Source of the DNA: Bigelowiella natans CCMP2755
Taxonomy: Eukaryota; Protista; Cercozoa
Reading direction: 5' to 3'
Assembly (NCBI GenBank): GCA_000320545.1
Contig: ADNK01003483.1
Location: 49,885-113,884 of the forward strand
Length of the DNA stretch: 64,000 nucleotides
Shown here piece by piece: positions 1 through 14,592 of this stretch (the first letter of the stretch is position 1; each line of letters opens with the position of its first letter). The notes beneath the pieces are model-generated. The model had not been told where the DNA came from, did no database searches, and saw nothing but the letters and a program-made list of their open reading frames with translations. The translations under genes and the position numbers were made by a program.

Positions 1-131
1 CGTGTTAGTTAGCATATCCGTGTTGTGAAACATATATATAAGTAATGAGAAAACAGCCGGCAGCCGTGATTTATTTGAATATGATCTTTTCTGAAATTTT
101 AACAGCACATACTTATAGTTATTATTATTAC

Positions 132-515
132 CTCTTTCGTTGCTGGTATTGATCCTAACATGGCGAAGATATGCCGCACCTAATGAAGACTTGATATGTT
201 TCTTGTTGTTTGTTGATATTGTTCTTCTTGTTCTTCTTGTGGTTTTTCACATTATCATCATCAAATTCACCAAGGGAATGTAATTGAGGATTGTTGCTGA
301 AAGGCCACGCACCGTCCTGTAGTAAGTCAGGGGGGGGAGGGATCATGGGATGGTGATGGGATTAAATAAAGCAACATCAGCAGCAATTAAATTTATAATA
401 AGTAACTTCTTAAAGAGTGTTTTGGTGTAGTGTGTACTCATAGTCTTTTCATGCATGTGCGTAATGTTGTGGATAACAAGACAAATGAATCATAATTCAC
501 ACACACAAACACACA

Positions 516-556
<41 letters not shown>

Positions 557-575
557 CAAATTTAGGGTGTATATT

Positions 576-610
<35 letters not shown>

Positions 611-2151
611 GAAGCAAGCAGCTGGTGAAGGACCTTCCCAAACTCTTATATCGTTTATAGTGTCCATCAAAGTACGTTGCTATCAGCACAGTCGCCATTG
701 GAAAGCTTCCGTGAGGGTACTGTTTTATTTATAGAACGATTGTTGCGACACAAAGGACACAAAGCACACACAAACTCATACGAAATAAGAATAAATGCTG
801 ACGAATACGTGAAAACAGATAGATCATTTATTGTCCAATAACGAATTTAGGGAGAAGTATGAGCTTTGTGGTGATAATTGATTGATGGCCACACAAATAG
901 TAGCAGTAGTATCATTGAAAACAAATCGTTCTCCCGTTCCTTCTTGATGAAAAACCATCATATCACCAGATGATATCGAAACGAATGGAAATCATCAACC
1001 ATTTCTTCGTGATGATTCAACGTTGGGGAACATCCCCCTCCCTCCCTTCCCCCACTTCCCATATACCACCTCGACTAGCATGTAACGCTTTTCAGGGTTG
1101 ATGAGCATCTCTTCCCCTAAGTTAATTTTGCGGTACCCGAAATCTACAACAAATGGGTGAGGGAGGGGGCGTAAGTAAATATGTGTTTCGAATTTTCATT
1201 TGAGAAATACATCTTGATATCATTCGTGTGTGCGTTCCTCCGCCCCCCCCCCCCCCCCTCTCTGTCTCTTGCAATCCCATACATTTATGAAGGTACTTCC
1301 ACACAGGTAAATGCAACGCTGTCTCCGAATATCCCACTGGAACGAATAGTGTTGAGAAAAGCACCTAGGAAGAACCAATCAATCAATCAATCAATACACG
1401 ATATATACAGCTTCTACCACTAGGTGATATAATTCATATCCATCACCAAAAGGATTGTAAATGGAAGCTGCATTGACCCCGTGTACAACCAGTAGGCGAT
1501 ACAGCCGGTAACAAGGGCGAAAACAATCTGAAAACTGATCATGAAGTAAGGCCACACAAATAAAATGTTTGATGAGAATATATCGTATTATCACAAAAAT
1601 CGATTTTTAACATAACCCAAAATCAAAAATTGGAAAACTTTATTATCCATCCCTGCAAAGCAATTCATTAGTTTGAACAACGAGTCATTTGCTGCAAATT
1701 CGTCGTGTATTAAAATTTCGAATAGTAGTTAAAACAAAGATGATTATCAGTCTAACCCTAGGACACTACTACTAAGTACTAATACTAGTAGTATAATCGA
1801 TGACTAGTAATCTAATCACCTTCCAACCACCAGAAGTAACGTTGTCCAGGCCACCATGAGTTCAAACAGGCTCATGGGATCCAAATCCCCTATATATGTA
1901 ATATATATCATACTGCAGTACTGCGATTAACATCTACTACCTGCTGTAGTCTTAGTCTCTCCTTGGGGAGATAATAATGAGGTTTCAGAAGTAGCATCAT
2001 CCTTCTTCCCCCCCTTCGTTCCGAGTCGTTGTGCTGTCGTATTATCTGCAGAGTTGTTGCTTGCTGCTGTAATTTTTCATAAATTGCTCACAGAAAAGGA
2101 GGAAGACAACAAGATCATCAACTTAGCTACTATAAGCTTTACACCTGTCAT
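132..2151 (-). CDS. DGAT2: Diacylglycerol/monoacylglycerol acyltransferase, DGAT2 family (multi-exon, 3' end runs off the window start)
   Basis: Phase-consistent GT-AG exons: 2151-2145, 2066-1941, 1889-1820, 1534-1447, 1364-1283, 1143-1070, 719-634, 316-271, 179-132. They give MTAASNNS...MSLFELMVAWTTLLLVVGSFQIVFALVTGCIAYWLYTGSMQLPFTILLVLFSTLFVPVG...VWKYLHKYFGYRKINLGEEMLINPEKRYMLVEYPHGSFP...TVRGLSATILNYIPLVRHIFAMLGSIPATKE. This shows N-terminal TM helices, an HPHG-equivalent (YPHG) motif and the IP-x-R...LG segment typical of DGAT2. Confidence 0.85.
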
Positions 2152-2672
2152 CAATTTTCACGTTGAGGGGCCCAGTTGACTACAGAGATCACGGAGGGGG
2201 CTGAGGCCCGCTCGGGGGAAATGTACAGAAAGAATTTTCGATGACAAATCTATCCAGAGATTGTTGATCGAGTCGCATTTTTATCCTGCGACAAGACTTT
2301 TAAGTAACGACATGCGAAGAATCCAGGAAATTTATTCAGTTTCCTTCTCTGCTAAATCTTCACAGTAGCATCTAGTGGGAATTGAGGATGCGACATGACT
2401 TGGATGATGTCTTAGACTTACAATTTCTGTGTATTATGTGCAGGATGGAGTAACGGTGAGTCGCTCAGACAACTTATTATTACTTCTAAGTTTAAAAACG
2501 AAGTCTATTTTCAAGTGTGAGACTTGATTTTCACCGATTTTACAGCAATAATGGAGATCACCCTCAGCTGCAGAATTGTTTGCTATCTCTTAAACGAGGG
2601 ATGATCTACCGAACACCCCCACTTCTTTATCTTCTCCCTGCTGGACATTTTCTCTGCCTGGGAGGTGGCAAA

Positions 2673-3321
2673 ATGGAATGGGTTAAGGGGGTGGTGTCGT
2701 CCATGGGGGATGTTGTTCGCACAGTGACAAATTAAAAAAAATGTTTCTTCTAGTGGTCTACCCGTAGGTCACGGCCTCCTAAGTAAACGGTGGTCTCATA
2801 ATGGAAGGCTTCACGAATACGAAAAGAATGGCGATGGGGAGGAGTCAAAACGACGGATTCGGGTACTTCAATAGGTCGAATAAGAGGAACTCCAGACGAG
2901 CCCAAAATTATAGAAAAAAATCACGTCTGCCATCTTCACCAAGCAGCGGCATATCTGATAGAAATGCCTTCACCACAGCCGGTTAGAGCACAAATACCTA
3001 ACATGACGAAATGTAATAAACGACTCATCAAGACCGATTTTACATATATCTCCGTGCATAATACTCTATGTCTTTCAAATTGTCTGTCTTCAGCGGGAGG
3101 GACTATGAAGGACACTCTGCCGTGGAAGAAGGCCGAATACGTCAGAAACACAGGAAGGAAGATTGTTTCTGGTGGAAATTATATGCCCAACAGCAACAAA
3201 ATGGGGTAGTAAATGAGGCAGAAGAGAGATAGAGAGAGGGGGAGGGAGGGGGGGGGGGGGGGAGAATTGAAGATTTACTTATAGAAAGGAACTGATATAA
3301 ATATGAACAGGTATGATGGAG

Positions 3322-3365
<44 letters not shown>

Positions 3366-4291
3366 TATTTATTTATATATGCCACAACAATTTACCATGC
3401 CGGCATGCTTCATTACTGAGTTGATGGCTGTCGTCATCGTGACTCACTCACTCACTCACTCACTACGACAGAACATCGTATCACCAAACTCGTCGTTCAT
3501 TCGAGCTGGCCTCGCTCAAAAACACAGTCGCAACACCACCCCTTCGTTGTTATCCAGGGATTAACAGTAACAGTAGTATTAGTAGCAGTGGGGGCGTTTT
3601 GATGAAATACAAGTGCCGTTCTCCTGGTGCGAGAGCCATTCGTCGTAGCAATCATACATGGTCTCCTCCCCGCCGTCAGAGGAAGTTGGATCTCCGTACA
3701 ACCTATCCCGGGATGGGGGTATCCAAAACGAGAGAGCAACAACGGTCTACAGTAGATATAGATCATCTACACCCTGGTGGAACTGGAGGGAGGGTTGCTG
3801 GTGGAGGAGCACGAATTCAGGGAAAAGGGGGGTTTAGGGCTAGTACAAGGAATGGACGATCTGCTTTAGATTATACTATAGGTTCTCGCCAAAGACGAGG
3901 ACTACAACGCCGACAAAAGGTGGTGGGACAACGGCGTGAGTCAAACTCGGCTGCCAGTACTATGTTTCCCTCCTCCTCAAAGCAGCGGCAGCACAGCTCT
4001 CCTCCTCCTCCTCCTCCTCCTCCTCCTCCAACTGTGTCTTCTGGATCCTTTGTCTCGACAACAACGCAGAGGATCAATCAAAAGCAGCAGGCAAGGAATA
4101 ATAATCACCCTCTTCAAACGATCAAAGACAGTCTCACGCAAATTGCAAGGATAAGAGAAAGGGGAGGTGAAAGCAAATCGGGTAGCATTGCACTTCACAT
4201 TTCAAGGTGATATAATATAATAATAGTACGTGTTTCGCTGCTTATCTGATATATCTAACATACTTTAAAGTGATATAAATATTATATAATA

Positions 4292-4360
<69 letters not shown>

Positions 4361-4718
4361 CACAATTCTTCGGTATAAATATTTGCTTGTCTTCTTTCTC
4401 TCAATTGACAGATACGGCCTTGGAAAAAGGCTTTCAAAGAAGGAAATGGAAATAGTTGACCGCCTCGTACAACAGCTTGATAGCTATTCTAACATGCTCA
4501 TAGAAAGGGCGAAATCAGATCATACGATGGCCAAGGCCATGAAGATGATCAGTAAGCTCAATGAGATCAAGGAAAAATTTAAAGTGGGTAAACCATTAGG
4601 AGGTGGAACAGTTTGGTACTATCGAGAAGGTGCTGCCCAATTTTCTCTAAATCTGCTGAGGCATGTTGAAACCATAGTACCTGCTGCTCCCCGCACAGAA
4701 GCAGGGCAGGGTGTGTGA
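2673..4718 (+). CDS. Hypothetical basic, low-complexity protein with a helical C-terminal region (multi-exon)
   Basis: Long exon ending TCAAG|gt at 4206 joins in phase to the exon at 4412-4718 (RYGLGKRLSKKEMEIVDRLVQQLDSY...AGQGV*). The upstream exons from ATG 2673 (MEWVKGVVSSMG...) are tentative. No family recognised. Confidence 0.55.
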
Positions 4719-4879
4719 GAGTAGTGTTCGATTGCTTGTTTAATAACGCAAAGTTTGTTGCATTACCTATCATCGGCAGCAGACAACTACTTACACTCAC
4801 TCACTCATCTGCCCACTCATGTTCTGGATTAATTATCATTAATTTGGAATAAAGAAATTAGCAAATTTAGCTTTTGCTT

Positions 4880-5720
4880 TGCAACTAAGAATGTGAGAGC
4901 ACTCGATGAGTCATGAAATAAAGAATTCGCACTGCACCTCTAGCTAGACCTCTGAGCGTCGATCATGCTTCGCATCATCCAACAAATTTACTCGTAGCAG
5001 TGGTTGCACATTCGATCAGGCGGTCTAGCGGTGCTTGCAATCTAGTTCTACAGTTCATCATTTGGGCATGCTAGCTAGCTAGCATGCAGCTTGTCGCACT
5101 CACCACACGCACCTAGCTAGCTTGTCTAGGCACAACATTGTGTAGCAGCAATGTGCGGTGCGCGCACTTGCTAAGCTAGCTATAGATATTATAGACAGTA
5201 GTTAAGCTAGACAGAAGATCGATCGAAGGATGCCTAGCAGACATGCTACCATGCGGGCAAACTGACACGCACTGCCTTGATGTTCGATCGATGCGCCGCG
5301 CTAGCACGTCTAGACGTGCTACATTCTTTTAGACTCCCCCTTGCGTGCAGTACGTAGCATGAGCATCGCACATGTGTATGTGGTGATGATCCATTGTGAT
5401 GATGTGCGCTAGCAGTGCGGTCAAGACATTTGCAACGCTGTCATTGCTAGATTGCCATGCTGGTCTTGTTAGCTCATGCATGGTTTGATACTATAAACAC
5501 AGTATATATTGTTGATGCATGTAACGGTGGAATGCTAGAATGTCATCTAGTCATTCCAGCAAGCTAGCAAGGCAAACAGGCCAGCAGGAGAGCTGCACAA
5601 ATGTGTGTTCCACGGGCTCGCAAACAGAGCTATGCTATCGTGCTGTTGCGTCATTACACGACAAAATTCATTTTTAAACCGCTATTGGCTTGATGATAAA
5701 TTTGCATTTGAATTCTAGTG
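4880..5720. repeat. Palindrome-rich intergenic spacer A (CTAG/AGCT/CATG-rich) between convergent genes
   Basis: Perfect palindromes GCATGCTAGCTAGCTAGCATGC (5066-5087) and TAGCACGTCTAGACGTGCTA (5302-5321). AATGCTAGAATG at 5531. No long ORF in the track. Confidence 0.8.
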
Positions 5721-5956
5721 CTTGCTTCAAAGATTGCATACTAGTGTTCTTATTCTGACGATCGAATCAAAATAGAGAAGAATAGAATCATGCTGCATAT
5801 ACAGCTGTAGATACAATATGTCAGCTTGTAACTTCAGTTTTCGGTAGTACACTAACTGCATTTTCTTCTCTGCTGCACGCAAGACCATTAAGAAACCACG
5901 TGCAACAACCACAAAAGATGATAATCGATAGTAACGATGATGGTGATACGATGATA

Positions 5957-5987
<31 letters not shown>

Positions 5988-6047
5988 CGATGATGATGAC
6001 GACAGGTTCACGTTTGCTATAGCTTTCACGGATCGATCATGTTGAAT

Positions 6048-6083
<36 letters not shown>

Positions 6084-6379
6084 GCCTAGACTGCTGCTGC
6101 ATCTGGTGGTTTGAAACACGATTGAGCTCTTTTCGCTCCTTATCTTTCATTTTAGCCTATATGCAGTAGTGATAATTTAATCCATTAGGATTATAGATTA
6201 ATACAAACGAACAAACAAACAAACAAACGGTGAGATAATCTATCTTGAGCAAATATCAAGACACAGTACGACTACGATAACAACAAATATACAGCAGCAG
6301 CAGTAGCAATTACTTATTATAAATATTGCTCACTCCCAACTCAACTATGTTAATCATATCATCATCATCACATTACACG

Positions 6380-6669
6380 TTATACATATGTTATAATCAC
6401 GCTTATTACATGAAGATGACGAGCCTTTCCTGGCAGCCAACTACGCAATTCTCCAGCCTAAACAACAGATACCGACCAACCACATGCACAATATTGTATG
6501 TAGTTGTATTTGCATGTGAATGTATATTATAGATGTAATCGTCCAATCATCATCGTAGTGAGATGCATATACCGAACGTACTTGCATAGTACCTACTATT
6601 GTGTACTATCAATCAATTCGAACACCAGTAGTAGTAGTAGTAGCAGTAGTAGTAGTAGGAAAAGACATT

Positions 6670-6708
<39 letters not shown>

Positions 6709-7057
6709 TACACACACATAATATATGATACTCCTAGTACTACCTCTTTGATGAACTTCATTTCAAGTAGCTCATCTATTGGACATCGTTGTGAAGGATC
6801 TTTTTGCAGAGAGGCAATGACAAAGTCACATATAGGCTCAGAGTACTTGTCCTTAGCCAATCGAGGCTCAGGATTATTGATCGATCGTTGCATGGCTATT
6901 TGAGGCGCTTTATTGTAGTATGGAACCTGTAGGAGAAGAACAAGAACAACAAGAAGAAAAGGAGATACCAGTGGGAAAAACCACCATTCACACTTCACTA
7001 TCATTCATATCCGCAAGATGCTGTTTGTTTATTTTTTAGTCATAAGTCCTTATGTAA

Positions 7058-7092
<35 letters not shown>

Positions 7093-7304
7093 TATTTCAT
7101 GCATTTGTATTGCTACAACACCTTTCCAGTGACGATTTCCACGCAAGTGACTCCCAATGACCACACATCTACCAGCTATATCAGATATGTTTTATTAACC
7201 AACAGATATGTTGTATTGACCATCATCAGTAATAATAATCACTATAGTAGTCATAGAAAGAGAATAGAGCAATAGCTGACGCTGTGTGAGCGATTAGATG
7301 ATCA

Positions 7305-7374
<70 letters not shown>

Positions 7375-7954
7375 ATACTCGTAGTGTTCTGATTGGTGTC
7401 TTAAGCTCGATAATGACATATTGTTGTTGTTCTTGCTGGTTATTATTGCTATTCTTCTTGATGTTGTTGGGCTTGAATTATTCTCAATAGTGTTGCTCTC
7501 TATCGTCATCGTATAGATGTGATGATGATCATTACCTGATCATAAGGTTCATTCCTAATAACTTCCGGTGCCATCCAATAAGGTGACCCCACGTATGTTG
7601 TCGCGAGACGCGTATTCCCTTTATACCAGGATCATTCATCATCAAATCAGAAGTAGTACCCTGCTCCTACTACTATTAAAATTACTACTACTACTACTAC
7701 TACCACTACTACTGCTACTACTACCAACACACATTTGAACATACAGACCTCCTAGAGAACGGACGCATCCAAAATCTGCCAACTTCACTTCCCCTGAAAT
7801 AGACCATAAGATGTTTGCAGCCTTCAAATCCCTACAGAACATATATAACACTTAATGAAGGACACATAAGAGGCAAGATGGTGATGGGGGTGAGAATAAA
7901 TAGTAAACAACGGCAAAATGGGGAATGAGAGGAAGAAGAAAAAGTATGATAATA

Positions 7955-7990
<36 letters not shown>

Positions 7991-8292
7991 CTATGGAACT
8001 TCTTATACTTATTCCACAAAAACGATAGGCCGAGGAGAGCCTCTCGCATCACAACTGCTACTGCCTCCTATAACATTATTAGGATCGATGTATCAATCAA
8101 TCAATCAATAAACAAATGTAGCAGCAGCTCTGCTAAACAATATCTCTCGTACATGCAATACAATATAACTAGTATCTTTTGATTTGGTAGTGTGTATTTT
8201 GGAATATGTAAACAATTCATAATTTGTATTGTGATCGTCATTTGTTCTTCTATGGTAAGAGAACATATACGACAGCATTGTTCATAACAACA

Positions 8293-8340
<48 letters not shown>

Positions 8341-8905
8341 TGCAGCATGCCTCCGTCCTCGTCATAACATCAGAGAATATTTATAACATGCTCAAAAATG
8401 GCTTGAAGGGGAGGCTACTACTACTACTACGCACAGGTGTAGCACAAGAAGCAAGAACGTTAAATAGGAGCTACTACTACTACCTCTGAGAGAGGTTTCA
8501 GCTTATCTAAAGATCCATCCATAAGTTCCATTGATAACATCAAGAATCTTTTTATCACAATACCAATATCATTATCCGGTAATAATAATAAAAGTAGCCG
8601 TACGTATGGTTTTAACAGCAGCATATAGTGAGTGTACTGAATCTTGTTGTTATTCTTCTTCTTCTTCTTGTTGTATACATATGCATATGTTACAATAGGC
8701 AGATATAGGCTAATCCCTACTAGTAGTACAAGGATTACCTATCCACAGTCTCACATCCATAGTAATGAACTAACTGTGGGCATATCTGATGATGATCATG
8801 ATGATGATCATCATCATGAAAGCCAGCCCCCCCGATATATAAATAATGATGTACAAACAGCTTAGAAATTGGTCCAGCTTGTCCTCAGTAGCTTGTTGGC
8901 AATAC

Positions 8906-8942
<37 letters not shown>

Positions 8943-9111
8943 GAAAATATAATTGATATGTATAAGTGTTACCTCTCCTTCCGCTAAAGCTTCTATTTCC
9001 TTGTTAATCTCGGCTAAATCCTCCTCTCCCGACTGATAAGATGAAGAAGAACAACAATTACTCGTTTCTTGTTCGGTTTGTGAGGTATTTCAGGATGACA
9101 CCGCCCCAGTC

Positions 9112-9148
<37 letters not shown>

Positions 9149-9533
9149 AACATTGGGTGCTGTTGTTGCCCACCGGTCATCATCCATCATCAAACACCAA
9201 CCAAATCTCTATTGTAATCATTATCATCACCAACCAAATCAATTGCTTTAACGGCGATTTTGGCCCCTTTCTTGACCTGAAATATGACGTTATGATGATG
9301 CTGATGTTGTTGTTGTTGATAATGATGCTGGTGGTGGTTATAATAGTAATCATATGGTGTGATGATAATAATAATAATAATAATAATAATAAGGGTCGTC
9401 GATAAATACGACTACAGTGATTAATGATATGGAACCAGAAGAAGAAGAAGAAGGAATGGATGGCACCAGAGGTATATTAACTACGCCTCTCTTCTTCTTC
9501 TTCTTCTTCTTCTTCTTCTGTCTACAACTCACT

Positions 9534-9586
<53 letters not shown>

Positions 9587-9731
9587 TGTAGGGGGGGGTG
9601 GAGGGTAATGATACATATGATGTAAGGGCATACTACTAGCTGCAGCTCCTACTACTAGTACTACTACTCTCCCATTGCATCATGTGGGTGGGTGGGTGTA
9701 ATATCATCGACATATTATAGAAGGCATATCC

Positions 9732-9768
<37 letters not shown>

Positions 9769-10257
9769 GTTATTCTACACAACGTAGTAACATTTAGTCT
9801 GCCTATATTATAATCATACCTTTTTGAAGCGTCCTTGAAGAGGCCGTGCCATATACACACTTCCAAAAGCCTTAAAAGAGGAGGAGAGGGGGAGGAGGAG
9901 GAGATGAAAAATATATAGGTACAACACCACACACACACACACACACACACACATCATATATATGTTCTTATCAAGAAGAACAACAATTTGAAGGATGATC
10001 CTTCCCAACATTAAGTGTTAAGTGGGCTGCTGACGTAATCCCCTTTATTATTATCATTATTATTATTATTATTATTATCATTATTATTATTGCTACCCCC
10101 TGCCCAATGCGTAATAGGAGGTCGTATTTGCGCTCCTCGAGCTGAAGAAGAGGACGGGGAGGGGGTGGAGGGAAATAGCATTCAATGATAACCACAACAA
10201 CAGGATAAATGCAAACATTCATCGAAATAATCAACAACAGCGCCACCTCTATGTGTG

Positions 10258-10292
<35 letters not shown>

Positions 10293-11320
10293 GTTTTATG
10301 GCACGTTAAGTCGATCAGAAATGAGGATGGCGATAACAATGATGACGATGATGATATGTAAATAATGACCTGGCGAGCAATTTTCCGAAATATTTGCTTC
10401 GCTTTTATGAGCGTACTGTCCTCAATCGCATTGATTGACTATCATTGTGCATAATAGAGTAGTAGTAGCAGTAGTAGTAGTAGTAGTAGTAATATCACGG
10501 TGGCATCTTTATGATAATGATGATGATGATGGTGATGATGATGATGATGATGATGATGATGACAACAATAATAGCCTACCTCTCGAAGATAATTAAGATG
10601 AAAACGAGGCAAATTGTACACACTCTCCAATAGTTTTAATCCTGCAAGCTGAATCAATTCAACGGTCTTCGCCGCCTAAGAAAGGCAATGATGTATGGAA
10701 GAGAGGCGGTTTGTGAACTACTAATATGATCAAATTGATGATGATGAAGAGGCGGTTTGTGAACTAATAATATGATCAAATTGATGACAACACTGAACAA
10801 CACAATTATCACTTAATGACGATTCTAGTAAAAACAGTAGCAGTGTAGCTAGTGGTCAATCAACTCCCTATCACCACCATCAGCATCACCATCATCATCG
10901 TACCACATAAAAGTACTCATCAATTCTCTCTGTTGTCCTAAGTCGCTGCTTCTATTTTGATCATACGGGAAAGAAACAACTTACTCGGAGAAATTGGTCT
11001 ATAGCTGGATTAGTGTGAGGATATTTCTGATGTGAGAAGAAGAAGAAGAAGAAGAAGAAGAAGAAGAAGAAGAAGAATAAGGAAAGATGGTATCATCATC
11101 CTTATATCTATACTATATATACATACACTAGTGGTAATGCTCACCAACAGTATGATTTGATTCCTACTTTTATTACTATGCAGACCTCGAATATATATTT
11201 ATATATACTCAGTAGATCTAATACTTATACTACCCGTTTTTGCTCATTCCTCGCTTTTCTCACTTGCCTCATGTGTGCATGGTTGAGTTGATGTCCTGTT
11301 GATATTACTATTATTATTAC

Positions 11321-11356
<36 letters not shown>

Positions 11357-14194
11357 CACTATTATGAGGAGGAGGAGGAGGAGGAGGAGGAGAAGGAGGA
11401 AGCACACCAACAAGGCAGATTGGATTCTCCCAGCTACGGATGAAATAACCCCCTCCAGTAAGCTTATCATCATCACTACTATTTTCATTAAATCATCAAT
11501 CATCACCCTGATTCTTGAGAAATGCCTCCTTATCACGTACAAACAGGGATGAGAGGTAGATGATTCCTACAACAACAACAAGAAGAAGAAGCAGCCAGAC
11601 GAATCAAGGAAAAAAAAGGTGGTTGGTCCTGTTCTTTTTCATATTTTAACACCGCCACATCTTTTGGAATTGTGTGCTAAGATGAGTAGTAATACCTTGT
11701 CTTCGTACATTTTGCATAATTCCAAGGAGATTATCTAAAGCTTCACCATTCAGCTCATCGTCTTTCATTTGGGCAGTGTGCCTCTTCTCTTCCTATATTA
11801 ATATACATACATATATCAACACTTAACACGCAATACTAGGACTAAACAATGAGAAAATAAGATGTTTTTGAGATGATGATGGTGATTTGAATAAATAATA
11901 GATTTATCAACTAGAAGTTATAAGTTTCGTACAACAAAAATAACAAGCAGGGAAAAGCTACTTAATCTTATCATTAATTTGTTTCAAACTAGCAAATATT
12001 CCTCCCCTCTTTTTCTTCCTCTTTATCTTCTTCTTCTTCCCTATCACTACTATCATCATTTTTGATGACTGATATTACGCACATTCTTTGTTCTTAATCT
12101 CTGTGCAGCTAAGTAACTTGGAGATGTTGCCGGCCTATAATATACGTAAAAATATTGGGAAAATAGCAAATAAAAGGAAAAAGATGACAACCAAAAGCTT
12201 AACGCTGACTCTATATTATTGTATGGTTTGAACAATTTGGTGAGCAAAACATTGAGTAAGGAGTTCTCAATCAATATTTGCAATAAGTCATCATGCAAGA
12301 TTCTCAAAGCTCATTTCTAACATCGTCGTCGTCATTGATATTGTTGATGACATATAATCACATGTCCTATTCAGAGGATGATGATCTAATGGGCGCTTGG
12401 CTGCTGCTGCTGTATACGACTTTTTCCTCCTTACAGCAGAATGATTTAAGCCTCCACCGGGAACGTCCAAGCGACCTTGCTCATCTTACCAAAAGTAAGT
12501 GAACATAAGTATTCGAGGGGGGGGGGGGGGGGAAGGGTATAGGGAGGTTGGACGAATTGTTAACTACTACATGAGGACGAGTATATAGTCATTCAAGAGG
12601 GCTATGATCACAATATGCCATTAGCAACGAAGAAGAAGAAGAAGAAGAAGAAGAAGATGATGAAGAAGATGATGATGATGATGATGATGATGATGATAGG
12701 GATGTAAACTTTCCGATAATTTGTTATTGTTTGGTGTTGTCTTGCTTTGATTATCTTGTCGTCTCTCACATGCTACAACTTGCCTCATCTGTAAATGAGA
12801 TTATATATTACCTACGGAAGTAGTAGTAGCACTACTACTTTTAGAGGCAGCAGTACTCTCGCTAGTACCGTTAGGGTTATCTAACCCTGGGTGTACATGG
12901 CTACACATTCTGTGGAGAATAACAGAGAAATGACGAGGAGGAGGAATTAAGAAAGAAATAAGAAAGTGGTTGCTGCTTAAGAGAACAACACATTTTAAAC
13001 GACAACAACTAGTACTATTCCTGCATACATCACTCGTTTATTATGCAATAGATAAATACTTATCATCATCATCAACTACCTATATCCAGCAACACAAAAG
13101 CACATTCTAAAGTTGGCAGTTTGTTCTTTGAGAGATATTCTTATCTAAGAAGAAAGAAAATCAAAAGAGGGAGGAAGAAGAAACAAAGCTATTCAACAGG
13201 AAGAGAGGCTGCTCCTTGTCATCAGCTCCATCATCTAGCTGCTGTTGTATTCGTCAAGCATCAATAATACTACAACAACACATTCCTCCTCATAGCAGCA
13301 GTATCATATATCTCTAGATCATCATCATCATCCTTATAGCTTCTCGCTCCTCTCCCTCTCTCTCCCTCGCTACTGCTACTACTACTACTGCTACTACTAC
13401 TACTGCTACTACTACTAATTGAATATACATCGTCTTTGAGAGGGCTGGTGGAAGGGAGGGAGGAATCGCCCCGAAGAAGAAGAAGAAGAAGAAGAGGAAA
13501 AGCCCCGTCGTATGGGTGCATCGTCGTCGTTGGTTGTTTGAGCAGCAGCAGCAGCAGCGTGGTAATAATCACGACGCAAACAACAGCAAAAATAACAACA
13601 ACGTGGATAGGTAGGGTAAAAATGGAGAGTTTGAGCAAAAAGTGAATAAGATGAGGGGCATGATCCATGATCATCATTATCATCATCAACATCATCATCA
13701 TCAATGCTGCTCGGCTGGCATACACACACCAACTCTAGTACCATCATCATACCTTGTTGTGTCCTGGAGAAACCCTCCCTTCTCTTCTCTTCGTCCCCCT
13801 CCCCCCCTAGTTTCAGTGTGCGTTAGAGGGAGTCGTTGGGGACGGTCAGATAGATGACCACGATGATCCTGCATGCAACGTCAAACACCGCCAATTCGTA
13901 GGAATGAAAGGAAAAGACAATATCAATGACGTGAAGGATAGATAATCATGGAAGAAGGCAAAGAGCTCCTCCCTAGGATAAATAATGAATAATAGGAGGA
14001 GGAGAAAAAGAGAACAATTCTTATCTGAAACAACAGCAGAGATAGCGCTTCTATACCCCATCATCATCATCATCATCATCATCACCATCATCATCATTCA
14101 GCTATGACAGACAGCATCATCGAGCTACGAATCTTATGATGATGATGATGATGATGATGACGATGAGTCTTATCATCCTAAGCGTGGCTTAACC

Positions 14195-14255
<61 letters not shown>

Positions 14256-14531
14256 ATAGGCGGCTTAAAGCACTTAAAATTTCTTCCTTTGATTGAAATT
14301 AAAATCAGTGTGCTGCAGAATGTTACCCCGTCACCCCCTCGATTGCTTGTAGCAGTGAAGGAAATTGAATTGTTGTTTTCCCTTAACCTTGAACCTGTCA
14401 CTTTCGAGTTTACGAGAAATGGTGTTGTCCTTACTACGCCATACTTCTTGTCCCAGGCCTTCCGAGCAGTGTTAATGGTACCAACGATTTCAGAACAATC
14501 CCCACTTGAATAGCGGTAGTCATATCTGACA

Positions 14532-14592
<61 letters not shown>

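Noticed and set aside
5727-6119. 130-aa ORF as the terminal kinase exon
   Set aside because: Half of it is microsatellite, and nearer in-frame stops exist at 6380 or after an acceptor near 6100; it cannot be supported without cDNA.
14289-14513. Plus-strand 74-aa ORF, and similar antisense ORFs at 32218-32592, 45529-45981 and 58800-59186
   Set aside because: They are antisense shadows of better-supported exons on the opposite strand.
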